Below, in pieces: positions 16,690 to 26,299 of a stretch of DNA of 32,252 nt; position 1 is the first letter of the stretch, and each line of letters starts with the position of its first letter. The stretch is taken from sequence record DRR723986_3087. One strand, 5' to 3'. The notes under the pieces are model-generated. The model was not told the origin of the DNA. It did not search any database and saw only the letters and a list, made by a program, of their open reading frames with translations. Position numbers and translations under genes: made by a program.

Positions 16690-17267
16690 GCGGGCACTTT
16701 CATCATGGTCAGGAAATTTTTCAACAGCGCATGGCCATGCTGCGAGGCAATAGATTCGGGATGAAATTGCACCCCTTGAATGGGCAGATCGCGGTGCTGC
16801 AGCCCCATGATCGTGCCATCTTGCAGCCATGCCGTTACCTCTAGGCAGTCAGGCAGGCTGGCGCGTTCGACCACCAGCGAATGATAGCGGGTGGCCTCGA
16901 ACGGGCTGGGAAGCCCGGCAAACACGCCGCCACCATCGTGGTGCATTTGCCCCATTTTGCCGTGCACAATTTCGTGGCAGCGCACAACTTTGCCGCCAAA
17001 GGCCTGCCCAATGGTTTGATGGCCCAGGCACACCCCCATCAGCGGGATTGCATGTTGGGCGGCGGCCTTGGTCAGCTCTAGGCAGATGCCTGCCTGGTCT
17101 GGGTCGCAGGGCCCCGGCGACAGCAAAATGCCCTCGGGTTTCATGGCCAAGGCCTGGGCCACATCCAGTGCGTCGTTGCGGCGCACCACGGTGTTGGCGC
17201 CCAACTCGCCCAGATAATGCACCAGATTATAGGTGAAACTGTCGTAATTATCGATCAAGAGTAGCAT
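16686..17267 (-). CDS. trpG: Anthranilate synthase component II (193 aa)
   Basis: [31 protein letters not shown] and QFHPES motifs. Confidence 0.96.
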   Translation of the reverse strand: MLLLIDNYDSFTYNLVHYLGELGANTVVRRNDALDVAQALAMKPEGILLSPGPCDPDQAGICLELTKAAAQHAIPLMGVCLGHQTIGQAFGGKVVRCHEIVHGKMGQMHHDGGGVFAGLPSPFEATRYHSLVVERASLPDCLEVTAWLQDGTIMGLQHRDLPIQGVQFHPESIASQHGHALLKNFLTMMKVPA

Positions 17268-17451
17268 CAGACCGGTCTTTTCCTTTATTCGGGTCTGGAG
17301 GCCCGCGTGTTGCTCGCGGTATACTTGTTCAGTCTTGCGCCGCAAGGTCAAGCCACGCATCACCTGCGGTTTTGATTGGCGAGGGCTGAAAGTGGCGCAA
17401 TGATCCGGGTGGGGGCTGCCTGGGGTGCCTGTAAACAAAGGAAGATTGTCC

Positions 17452-18954
17452 ATGGTGCGCGGATTTTTTGGTGGTGTGGTGGTTGGCAGCTTGCTGTCGG
17501 TGGTGGGGTTGGGCGCTGCGTCGGTTTGGGTGGGCCCTGGCCTTGGGCCTTTGGCAAATGCCCCGGTTCCCGAGGCACAGGTGAATAGCCCAGGCACCCC
17601 TGCGCCCATGGGGGCACCCAGCAATGCACCCGCCAACGCGGGCGAAGAGGCTGCAGCCGCTGTGCCCGCAGGCGCCGCACCAGACACGGCAGAAGAAGCG
17701 GCACAAGAAGCGGCACAAGAAGCGGCGCCGGATACGGCACAAGAAGCGGCACAAGATGCGGCACAAGAAGCGGCGCAGGATACGGCGCAAGAAATGCCCG
17801 CGCCTGCCGATCAGCCCAGCCCTGATGCCGCGCAGATGGCAGATGACATGGCCGCCACCCAGCCTGCCGCCACGCCCGCCCCTGCGCCCCAGGCCAGCCA
17901 GCCCAGCGTGGCCGAACAGCCCACAGCACCTGCGCCGGCGCCCGCGCAGCGCCCCTCTGTGGCGCAATCTGGCCCGATGATCGAGGCGCCCGCCGCACCG
18001 CGCCTGGCGCAAGAGCTGCCCGCCCAAGCCGTGGTTGATACCAATAGCCCCGCCCGCCCCGAGGCCAGCACCGAATTGGCGCCGCCAGATCAGCCCACGC
18101 CCCCCCCGGGCCAAGGGGACAGCCCCGCCACAGCCCTGCCAGCGCCCGCGCCTGCAGTGCCCGCGCCCGCAGCGCCCGCGCCCACGGTGGTGGCCGCACC
18201 CGCCCCCCAGATGCCATCGCGGCTGCCCAGCGTGGGCCAAACACAGCCCGCAGCGCCCCCCGCGCCCCCTGCGGCGCTGGATCTTTATGCCAGCAGTTTT
18301 GAAAACCCCGAGGGCAAGCCGCTGATGTCGATCGTGTTGATCGATCGCGGTGATTTTACCGGCGCGGTCGATGCGCTGGCGAATTTTCCCTATCAGGTTA
18401 GCTTTGCGCTAGATCCCTCGCGCCCCGGCGCTGCGGCGGCCATGGCGCGCTACCGCGAGGCAGGGTTCGAGGTGCTGGCCCTGGCCGATATTCCTGAAAC
18501 GGCCACAGCCGGCGATGTCGAGGCCAGTTTGGCGGCGACGCTTGCAGCCTTGCCCGAAACCGTGGCGGTGCTCGAGGGCGACAAGGCGGGCCTACAGGGC
18601 AGCCGTGAGATATCTGATCAGGTGGCCGCGATTTTGGGTGAAACCGGGCATGGGCTGGTTTTGGCACCACGCGGGCTGGATACGGCCCGCAAAGCGGCCA
18701 GCAAGGCGGGCCTGGCGGCGGCAACGCTGTTTCGGGATTTCGATTCCAAAGGCCAAGATGCCAACGCCGTGCGCCGGTTTTTAGACCAAGCAGCCTTTAA
18801 GGCAGGCCAGGAACAAGACGGCATCATCATGGTTGGCCGGACCCGGCCTGAAACCATTTCGGCGCTTATTTTGTGGGGTTTGGCCGACCGGGCCGAGCGC
18901 GTGGCGCTGGCCCCGGTATCGGCCGTGCTGAAAGCGGCGTTGCAGGCCCGCTAG
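17452..18954 (+). CDS. Divergent polysaccharide deacetylase (YibQ-like) with N-terminal anchor and long Pro/Ala linker
   Basis: N-terminal hydrophobic segment, low-complexity linker, and C-terminal KPLMSIVLID...VSFALDP...RRFLDQAAFKA...RPETISAL; divergent from trpG. Confidence 0.8.
   Translation: MVRGFFGGVVVGSLLSVVGLGAASVWVGPGLGPLANAPVPEAQVNSPGTPAPMGAPSNAPANAGEEAAAAVPAGAAPDTAEEAAQEAAQEAAPDTAQEAAQDAAQEAAQDTAQEMPAPADQPSPDAAQMADDMAATQPAATPAPAPQASQPSVAEQPTAPAPAPAQRPSVAQSGPMIEAPAAPRLAQELPAQAVVDTNSPARPEASTELAPPDQPTPPPGQGDSPATALPAPAPAVPAPAAPAPTVVAAPAPQMPSRLPSVGQTQPAAPPAPPAALDLYASSFENPEGKPLMSIVLIDRGDFTGAVDALANFPYQVSFALDPSRPGAAAAMARYREAGFEVLALADIPETATAGDVEASLAATLAALPETVAVLEGDKAGLQGSREISDQVAAILGETGHGLVLAPRGLDTARKAASKAGLAAATLFRDFDSKGQDANAVRRFLDQAAFKAGQEQDGIIMVGRTRPETISALILWGLADRAERVALAPVSAVLKAALQAR
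17677..17796 (+). repeat. Coding 12-bp tandem repeat, 10 units (consensus GCACAAGAAGCG, AQEA)
   Basis: Units read directly: APDT AEEA AQEA AQEA APDT AQEA AQDA AQEA AQDT AQEM. Confidence 0.9.
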
Positions 18955-18973
18955 GGGCCAGGGCCCCGCGCCC

Positions 18974-20350
18974 TCAGGCCGGGCTGTGGCGCCCGGCCAG
19001 CCAGCCAAGGCTAAGCGCGGCCAGCAGTCCGTTGCCGGATAGATACCCGCTGTCGGCGCTGCCAGATACGCCGCAGGCCGCCCCGCCCACCGCGTAAAGA
19101 TTGGCCAGCACACCCCCGCGCTGCAAACGCGCCTGGGCGGTTGCCGGATCAACCACAATGCCGCCTTGGGTATGAAACAGGGCCCCCGTTACCTTGACCG
19201 CCACAAAAGGCGCCTGCAATGGCTGGGGGGGCAGGCGGCGGCCAAACGGATCGGGCTGGCCAGAGGCTGCAAATTGCGCGGTTTGGGCCAGGGTTTCTGC
19301 CAGGGCCGATTCGGGCAGGCCGGTGGCCAAGGCCAAACTATGGGCATCACCGGCCGTGCGAATGGCACCTTGCGCCTCGGCTTGTTTGAAATCTTCGAAC
19401 TGGCGGGCAATCGCGGCAATGCGGGTATCAAAGATGGTCCATGCCACGCCTTGGGGCTGGGCCAGCACGGCGCGGGCGGCCTCGGAATAGCCTTGGCTTT
19501 CGTTCCAAAACCGCAGGCCTTGCAGATTTAGCTGGATACCCCCCTCCATGATCACCGCCCAGGTGATCAAGATGCCATGGGGGTGGGCCACGTTGCCATG
19601 GCCCTGATAGGCGCCCAAATGGCGGGTTTCGCAGCCCAGGCTATTGGCCCACAGCACCGCCTCGCCGCGGTTGCCATCGTGGCCAAACCACAGGGCGCGG
19701 CTGATGTCTGGCATATGCTGGGCCACCATATCGCGGTTTCCACCATAGCCGTTGCAGGCCAGGATCAACCGCTTGCAGCCCACGGTTTCTGCGCCTTCGG
19801 GGCTGCGCACGCGCACGCCTGCAATGCGCGCATCCGCGCGATAAAGTCGGTCGGCGCGGCGATTGCAGATGATATCCACCCCGGCCGCCTCGGCGGCGGC
19901 GCGCAAACTGTCAACCAATTCCCGCCCGGCGCGCGTGGGCAGGCCATGCATGCGGCGGTGGCTGTGGCCGGGGTAGTCAAAGTTTTCCACCACTGAAAAG
20001 GGCAAGCCATGGCGATCGGCCAGCCATTCCACCACCTGCGCCGCGGTTTGGGCCATTGCCTGCACCAGGGCGGGGTCGTTTTCGCCCTTGGCTTTGGCCT
20101 GAATGTCGGCGGCAAATTCGGCCACGCTGTCGGTGATGCCGGCGGCGCGCTGAAACCTGGTGCCAGCCGCCGGTATCAGCCCTGCCGATAACGAGGTGGA
20201 TCCGGCGGGCACGGCATCGGCCTCTAGCACCAGCACCTCTTGGCCCGCCTCGCGCGCCACCAGCGCCGCTGTCAACCCTGCGGCCCCGGCGCCAATGATC
20301 AGGGTTTCGGTTTCCAGATCAAATTTGGCGGGAGGCGGGGCCAGTGTCAT
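18974..20350 (-). CDS. FAD-dependent oxidoreductase (fumarate reductase flavoprotein/TcuA-like family)
   Basis: IIGAGAAG dinucleotide motif, GSTSLSAG, LACNGYG, LFHTQGG, NLYAVG and YLSGNGL. Confidence 0.85.
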   Translation of the reverse strand: MTLAPPPAKFDLETETLIIGAGAAGLTAALVAREAGQEVLVLEADAVPAGSTSLSAGLIPAAGTRFQRAAGITDSVAEFAADIQAKAKGENDPALVQAMAQTAAQVVEWLADRHGLPFSVVENFDYPGHSHRRMHGLPTRAGRELVDSLRAAAEAAGVDIICNRRADRLYRADARIAGVRVRSPEGAETVGCKRLILACNGYGGNRDMVAQHMPDISRALWFGHDGNRGEAVLWANSLGCETRHLGAYQGHGNVAHPHGILITWAVIMEGGIQLNLQGLRFWNESQGYSEAARAVLAQPQGVAWTIFDTRIAAIARQFEDFKQAEAQGAIRTAGDAHSLALATGLPESALAETLAQTAQFAASGQPDPFGRRLPPQPLQAPFVAVKVTGALFHTQGGIVVDPATAQARLQRGGVLANLYAVGGAACGVSGSADSGYLSGNGLLAALSLGWLAGRHSPA

Positions 20351-21216
20351 GCGCCCTCGCTGCCATCATAGCGCTGGCCTGCGCCAAGCATTTCGTTTGT
20401 GCCGATCACCGCGTTCAGCCCGTCAAAATCGAACATCCGATGGGCAAAGGGCGTGTTGCTGCCATGGGCCTGCAACGAGGTGAAATAATCGCGCGCCGCA
20501 TGGGCCAGGGCGCGCACGATACCGCCGGGAAAGATCACAATATCAAAGCCCAAGGCCTGCAGATCATGGGCCGAGGTAATCGGCGTGGCCCCGCCTTCGA
20601 CCATATTGGCCAGCATCGGCACCCGGCCCTTGAACGTATCAGCCACGCGCTGCAATTCGTCGCCGCTGCGCGGGGCCTCGACAAACAAAATATCGGCGCC
20701 TGCGGCCACATAGGCCTCGGCCCGGGCGATGGCGGCGTCGAACCCTTCGACGGCAATGGCATCGGTGCGCGCGATGATCAGCGTGTTATCATGGGCCCGC
20801 GCATCTGCCATGGCAGAAATTTTTCCAACCATTTCGGCCCGCGATATCAGCGATTTATCGGCCAAATGCCCGCAGCGTTTGGGGTAGGTCTGGTCCTCGA
20901 TTTGCAGCGCATTGGCGCCTGCGCGCTCATAAAGGCGCATGGTGCGTTGGGCGTTTAGCGCATTGCCAAAGCCGGTATCGGCATCGATGATCACGGGCAG
21001 ATCCACCCGATCGCGGATAAGCGCCATGGTATCGGCCATTTCTGAAACCGATGTCAGGCCAATATCGGGCCGGCCAAGGCGGGTATAGGCCACGGCCGCA
21101 CCGCTGAGGTAGAGCGCCTCGAAACCGGCCTGTTGCGCCAACGTGGCGGTCAGCCCGTCATACACGCCGGGGGCGATCAAGATCTGGGGCTGGGCGATGC
21201 GGGCTTTCAGGCTCAT
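20347..21216 (-). CDS. Isocitrate lyase/PEP mutase family lyase (PrpB/2,3-dimethylmalate lyase-like)
   Basis: ALYLSGA, DADTGFG, IEDQ, KRCGH and IARTDA motifs. Confidence 0.9.
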   Translation of the reverse strand: MSLKARIAQPQILIAPGVYDGLTATLAQQAGFEALYLSGAAVAYTRLGRPDIGLTSVSEMADTMALIRDRVDLPVIIDADTGFGNALNAQRTMRLYERAGANALQIEDQTYPKRCGHLADKSLISRAEMVGKISAMADARAHDNTLIIARTDAIAVEGFDAAIARAEAYVAAGADILFVEAPRSGDELQRVADTFKGRVPMLANMVEGGATPITSAHDLQALGFDIVIFPGGIVRALAHAARDYFTSLQAHGSNTPFAHRMFDFDGLNAVIGTNEMLGAGQRYDGSEGA

Positions 21217-21833
21217 GTACGGGCCTCCAGCAGGGCTGTGGCCTGGGCGCAGGTCATTTGTGCGCCAAGCGAGGACAGCGATAACAGGGTTGCGTCATGC
21301 ACCTCGGGGCGGAAGGCGGCACAGCCATCGCTTAGCAGAACGGTATCGATGTTGCGCAAATGCGCATCGCGCAAGGTCGAGGCGACGCCGCCATTGGTGA
21401 CAATGCCGCCAATCAGCAGCGTATCCACCCCGATGGCGCGCAAGATATATTCCAGCCGCGTCTGGTAAAACGCGGAATAGGCTACTTTTTCAACGGTGTA
21501 ATCGGCAGGTTGCAGCGCATCGACCAGGTTATGCCCAAAGGCACCGGGCGCAAAATCGCCAGGGCCTAAAAACGGGCGCAGCTGTTTCAAATGCGGCGCA
21601 ATCAACGGTGCCCCGCCGGGGCCCGGCACCAGGGTGAATTGCGCGCTGACATAGGTGCCGCCCTGGGCGCGCAAGGCATCGCGCAAGGGGGCGATGCGCG
21701 CGGGCAGGGCGCTGATGGCGTCGGCCCCTTGGCCGGCACGGCCATATGCGCCTTTGGGGTGCAAAAAATCATTTTGCAAATCGATGGTCAGCAGGGCGGT
21801 GCGCTGCGGATCGAGCTGGGTGATCTGTGCCAT
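21213..21833 (-). CDS. Isochorismatase-family protein lacking the catalytic Cys
   Basis: IDLQNDF, EK..YSAF..T.L and GIVTNGGVAST.RDA (Gly at the Cys position). Confidence 0.88.
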   Translation of the reverse strand: MAQITQLDPQRTALLTIDLQNDFLHPKGAYGRAGQGADAISALPARIAPLRDALRAQGGTYVSAQFTLVPGPGGAPLIAPHLKQLRPFLGPGDFAPGAFGHNLVDALQPADYTVEKVAYSAFYQTRLEYILRAIGVDTLLIGGIVTNGGVASTLRDAHLRNIDTVLLSDGCAAFRPEVHDATLLSLSSLGAQMTCAQATALLEART

Positions 21834-21834
21834 A

Positions 21835-23898
21835 TTAGCCCCCTGTCCGTTCTATGATGGTATTGCCAAAGGCATCGACCCGCGCCACCAGGCCTGGATC
21901 GACCAATACCGTGGTGTCGGGTTGTTCCAAAATCGCGGGCCCCTGAATTTCGGCGCCAACAGGCAGGGCCAGACGGTGGTAGATGGCGGTATCGTGCCAG
22001 CTGTCGCCAAAATGCACCTGGCGCTGGCCTTTATGCGCCGCGGCAATGGTGCCGCCTTCGGGGGCCAGCGTGGCCAGCTCAAACTTTGGCCGCCGCCCAA
22101 TGACGGCGGTGCGCAGGTTCATCACCCGCCGCGTGCCATTGGGCAAAAGCCGGCCATAGGTGGCCATGTAGGCCTGATCAAAGGCCGCGCCAATCTGGGC
22201 GCGGGTGGGGGGCACAACGGTGCCATTTTCGATGGCAACGGCCAAGGGCACGGCCACGGTGTGGGTTTGGCCCAGATAGGCCATATCCAGCTCGACCACC
22301 ACATCGGTGCGCTCGAAACTTGTGCGGGCGGCCTTTAGCAGGGTGTGACCCCTCGACACATGGTCCTGCAAAAAGGCCGCCAGCGCACTTTCATCCAAAC
22401 CATCTGCAAGCGCATTGATGGTTTGAACGAAATCCTGACGCATATCCGCGATCACACAGCCCATGGCCGAGGTCACGCCGGGGTAGCGCGGCACAATGGC
22501 ACGCCCCAAGCCCACATCGTTGATCAGCGCCGCCGTATGCAGCGCGCCACCGCCCCCAAAGGGCATGAAAGCAAAGCGTTTCGGATCAAAGCCGCGCTCG
22601 ATGCTGACCAGGCGTATGGCGCCGGCCATGCGGGCATTGGCCACGCGCAAAATAGCCTCGGCCGCGGCGATGGTATCTAGCCCCAGAGGCTGGCCCACAT
22701 GGGTGTCGATGGCGCGGCGGGCTGCTGCCACATCGAGCTGTGTCAGCTTGCCGCCAATGGGGTTGTCCGGGTCGATCCGGCCCAGCACCACATTGGCATC
22801 GGTCACGGTGGGGCGGGTATTGCCCAGCCCATAGGCAACTGGCCCGGGGTTCGAGCCGGCGCTTTCAGGCCCGATATTCAGCAAGCCACCCTTATCCACC
22901 CAGGCGATCGAGCCGCCACCGGCGCCGATGGTGGTGATCTCGATCATCGGGGTGCGCACCACCATGCCAAAATCGATCGATGTTTGCGGCGACAACATAG
23001 ATTGGCCGCCCGCAATCAGCGACACATCGAACGAGGTGCCGCCCATATCGCCGGTGATTACATCGGGGTAGCCTGCGGTTTGTGCAATATAGGCCGCGGC
23101 GATCACGCCCGCCGCCGGGCCCGACAGCGCCGTGCGCACCGGCAGGCGGCAGGCTGTATCCACCGCCATCACCCCGCCATTGGATTGCACGATCATGAAT
23201 TCGCCATCAAACCCACCGCCTTTCAGTGCAGTCTCCAACCTGTCAAGATAGCCCGATACCTCGGGCTGCAGATAGGCGTTAAGCGCGGTGGTGGAAAAGC
23301 GCTCGTATTCGCGGATTTCGGGCAGAATTTCATGGCTGGCCGAGACATGCGGGTTTGGCCAGATCTCGCGCACAGCCTGCACGGCCAAACGCTCGTTTTC
23401 GGGGTTTGCATAGGCATTGGCAAACAAGATGGCCACCGCCTGCGCACCGCTTTCCAGCAGTTGGTGCGCGGCGGCGCGCACGGCATCCAGATCGACGGGC
23501 TGGTAAATGCGCCCGTCTGCCAGGGTGCGTTCGGGCACTTCGTGGCGCATGTCACGGGTGACGACAGGTGTGAAATCGCCCCGCAGCCCCCATGTGCGCG
23601 GCCGGTCGCGGCGGCGCATTTCCAGCACATCGCGCAGGCCTTGGGTGGTGATCACGCCAATCTTGGCGCCCTTGCGTTCCAGCAGCGCATTGGTGCCCGC
23701 GGTTGTGCCATGCACCACCACCGCCACGCCTGACAGGTCGCTGACCTGCTGGCTGATACCATCCAAAAACCCGCCCGATTGATCGGGGCGGGTGGTTGGC
23801 ACCTTGGCCACCCGGGCCTGGCCTGTGGCCTCGTCCAGCACGAACACATCGGTGAATGTGCCGCCAACATCGACGCCGATCATGATGCCATTGCTCAT
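21835..23898 (-). CDS. Hydantoinase/oxoprolinase subunit A (ATP-binding)
   Basis: GVDVGGTFTD, HGTT, LSGPAAG, DMGGTS and GAGGGS motifs; start MSNG at 23898 after GGAGG. Confidence 0.93.
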   Translation of the reverse strand: MSNGIMIGVDVGGTFTDVFVLDEATGQARVAKVPTTRPDQSGGFLDGISQQVSDLSGVAVVVHGTTAGTNALLERKGAKIGVITTQGLRDVLEMRRRDRPRTWGLRGDFTPVVTRDMRHEVPERTLADGRIYQPVDLDAVRAAAHQLLESGAQAVAILFANAYANPENERLAVQAVREIWPNPHVSASHEILPEIREYERFSTTALNAYLQPEVSGYLDRLETALKGGGFDGEFMIVQSNGGVMAVDTACRLPVRTALSGPAAGVIAAAYIAQTAGYPDVITGDMGGTSFDVSLIAGGQSMLSPQTSIDFGMVVRTPMIEITTIGAGGGSIAWVDKGGLLNIGPESAGSNPGPVAYGLGNTRPTVTDANVVLGRIDPDNPIGGKLTQLDVAAARRAIDTHVGQPLGLDTIAAAEAILRVANARMAGAIRLVSIERGFDPKRFAFMPFGGGGALHTAALINDVGLGRAIVPRYPGVTSAMGCVIADMRQDFVQTINALADGLDESALAAFLQDHVSRGHTLLKAARTSFERTDVVVELDMAYLGQTHTVAVPLAVAIENGTVVPPTRAQIGAAFDQAYMATYGRLLPNGTRRVMNLRTAVIGRRPKFELATLAPEGGTIAAAHKGQRQVHFGDSWHDTAIYHRLALPVGAEIQGPAILEQPDTTVLVDPGLVARVDAFGNTIIERTGG

Positions 23899-25586
23899 GG
23901 CTGTTCCTCCTGCCAGGCGGGGCCATAGAGCCGCGTGGCGTTTTCGGCCGAGACAAAGCCCATGGCCACATCTTGGGCCACCAGTTTCGGGTTGCGCCCC
24001 TCGGGCGCGCCATAGCCACCACCGCCCGGGGTTTCCAGGCGCACAGATTGGCCCTGTTGCAGGCGAATGCCCCGCATTTTTGACGCCATAGGTGGCTGGT
24101 GCCATCCGTCATTTTGCATATATGCAAATCTATTGCAGGCCGCCTGGGCGCCACCGGCCACACCCTGGGGGGCAAAGCGGCCACGCTCGCCAAACAAAAA
24201 GGCCTCGGCGCCGTTTTCTTCCAGCACTTCAATCTCATAGACTGCACCCAGCCCGCCGCGATGGGTGCCCGCCCCCGCGCTATCGGGGCGCAGCGCCCAT
24301 TGTTTGAACATCACCGGATAGGCCGCTTCGAGAATTTCCAAAGGCGGGATGGTGGCGGTGGAAATCGGCGCATTGCCATGGTTCAGGCCATCGCCTTCGG
24401 GCGTGCCGCCATGGCCACCGCCGTAGAAAGAGAACATCACCCAAGGTTGGCCATTGGCGCGCTTTCCCGCAATCGACAGCGCGTTGATTGTGCCATAGGC
24501 ATTGGCCACCACGCGCCCCGGCGCCACCTGCGCCATGGCCGAGAATATCACGTCGATCATGCGCAAGATGGTTTCGGTATAGCCGCCGACGGGGGCGGGA
24601 AATTCTGCCGCCAAAAGCGAGCCTTCGGGGATGGTCACTGTGATCGGGCGCATCACGCCGGCATTGGCGGGCAGGGCGGGAAAGATGTGTTTGATCGCCA
24701 CATAGGCCGTGGCCACAGCGGTGGGGCGCGCAATATTCACAGGCCCCGCGCAGCGGGCGGCGGTGCCGGTGAAATCCAGCTCCATTTCGCAGCCCTTGAT
24801 GCGCAAGGTCACGGTGATGGGCAGGGGCGTGTCGGTGATGCCGTCGTTATCGAGGTAATCTGTCGCGCTCCAGGTGCCATCGGGCAGATCGCGCAATTCG
24901 GCGCGCATCAGGGTTTCGGCCCGTTCGCCCAGCGCATCTAGCCCTGCGCGCACGGTATCGGGGCCATATTCGGCCAACAGCTCGTCCATGCGGCGCACGC
25001 CCAGATCCAAGGCGCCCAGCTGGCCATTCAAATCGCCCTGCGCGGATTGCGGCAGGCGGGTGTTGCGCAGCAAAATGTCGATCACATCTTGGTTGATCAC
25101 ACCGGCGCGCGCCAGGCGCACGGGCGGCAGCACAAAGGCCTCGGCAAAGGCATCTGTGGCGGCAGGGTTGTAATTGCCGGGCACAGCGCCGCCCATATCG
25201 TGCCAATGCCCCACCGAGGCCAACCAGCAAAACAGCTGCCCATCGTGGAAATAGGGGCGCACAAGGCGCATATCAGACAGGTGGGTGCCGCCGATATGGG
25301 CATCGTTAAAGATGAAAATATCACCATCGGCCAAATCGCCGTTTTGGCCGTATTTATCGATCACGGCTTTCACCGCAAAAGACATGACGCCCACGAAAAT
25401 GGGCAGGCCAGATTTGCCCTGCACCAGCGTATCGCCGCTGGCCGCGTGATAGAGGCCATGGCTGGCGTCATGCGCCTCGGCGATGATCGGGTTAAAGGCC
25501 GCGCGAAACAGCGTGGCGTCCATCTCATCGGCGATCTGTTCCATGCGCCCGGCCAGAACCGCCAGTGTGATTGGGTCGATGCTCAT
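23895..25586 (-). CDS. Hydantoinase/oxoprolinase subunit B
   Basis: MSIDPITL, GGTHLSD, HWHDMGG, DSAGAG..RGG and ETPGGGGYG motifs. Confidence 0.93.
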   Translation of the reverse strand: MSIDPITLAVLAGRMEQIADEMDATLFRAAFNPIIAEAHDASHGLYHAASGDTLVQGKSGLPIFVGVMSFAVKAVIDKYGQNGDLADGDIFIFNDAHIGGTHLSDMRLVRPYFHDGQLFCWLASVGHWHDMGGAVPGNYNPAATDAFAEAFVLPPVRLARAGVINQDVIDILLRNTRLPQSAQGDLNGQLGALDLGVRRMDELLAEYGPDTVRAGLDALGERAETLMRAELRDLPDGTWSATDYLDNDGITDTPLPITVTLRIKGCEMELDFTGTAARCAGPVNIARPTAVATAYVAIKHIFPALPANAGVMRPITVTIPEGSLLAAEFPAPVGGYTETILRMIDVIFSAMAQVAPGRVVANAYGTINALSIAGKRANGQPWVMFSFYGGGHGGTPEGDGLNHGNAPISTATIPPLEILEAAYPVMFKQWALRPDSAGAGTHRGGLGAVYEIEVLEENGAEAFLFGERGRFAPQGVAGGAQAACNRFAYMQNDGWHQPPMASKMRGIRLQQGQSVRLETPGGGGYGAPEGRNPKLVAQDVAMGFVSAENATRLYGPAWQEEQP

Positions 25587-26149
25587 GCCATATTCGCCTT
25601 TGTTTCCGCCATATCGTTCCATACGTCTTGGCGCGTCAGCAGCCCGCCTTCTAATTCAAAGCGGTCAATAAATCGGATGTCTTTAAAGGTGCTGCCATCC
25701 AGCCATTCGCCATAAAGCGTGCCCATGGAGTAAACCACGGTGGTGGGCCCGTTTTGCAGCGCCTCGAACCTGTCATAGGTTTTTTTCACAAAGGCATAGC
25801 GCGGCTTGGCCCAGGCGATCAGCTGCTGCAGCGTGCTCATGCCCGGCGCATCGGGGAAATTCATAACAAAGCCCGGTGCCAGCATGGCCTGTGCGGTTTC
25901 GATATCGCGCGCCTCCATCGCGGCCAGATAGGCGCGCACGGTTTCGCAGGGGTCGGGGCGGGCAGGGGCGCCGCTGCGGCTTTGGCCGCCGCGCATGTAA
26001 TTGGCGTTGGGCATTTCATGGATCATCACCGTCACCGCCTCGGGGGTGGCGGGGATGACCATGCAGGCAGCATCGGTCAACCCGCGGGCAAGGCGCTGTT
26101 TGTCGCTGGCGCTGTAGCCTTCCAGAAGATGGGCCTCGATGATTGGCAT
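25583..26149 (-). CDS. 4-oxalocrotonate tautomerase domain fused to a SnoaL/NTF2-like domain (188 aa)
   Basis: Starts MPIIEAHLLEG (Pro1) after GGAGG; the second half VRAYLAAME.RD...RFIDRFEL..G....QDVWND is SnoaL-like. Confidence 0.8.
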   Translation of the reverse strand: MPIIEAHLLEGYSASDKQRLARGLTDAACMVIPATPEAVTVMIHEMPNANYMRGGQSRSGAPARPDPCETVRAYLAAMEARDIETAQAMLAPGFVMNFPDAPGMSTLQQLIAWAKPRYAFVKKTYDRFEALQNGPTTVVYSMGTLYGEWLDGSTFKDIRFIDRFELEGGLLTRQDVWNDMAETKANMA

Positions 26150-26169
26150 GTGCCGTCCTCCCTGCAATA

Positions 26170-26219
26170 TGTATTTTTGGTAATACAGATTTCGGTTTCT
26201 GAAAAGCGCAAATATTTGC
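26170..26219. promoter_or_regulatory. Candidate operators in the divergent promoter region
   Basis: TGTATT-N6-AATACA (26170-26187) and the perfect palindrome GCAAATATTTGC (26208-26219) in an AT-rich gap. Confidence 0.4.
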
Positions 26220-26299
26220 TGAAATTTGAGATGGATTTCTTGATTTTCGTAACCTCGGTGCTAGGCTTTGCACGAATCCGCAGCAGGAGGGCGTGCCGG

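Noticed and set aside
17677-17796. CRISPR-like array
   Set aside because: Contiguous in-frame 12-bp units with no spacers and no cas genes.
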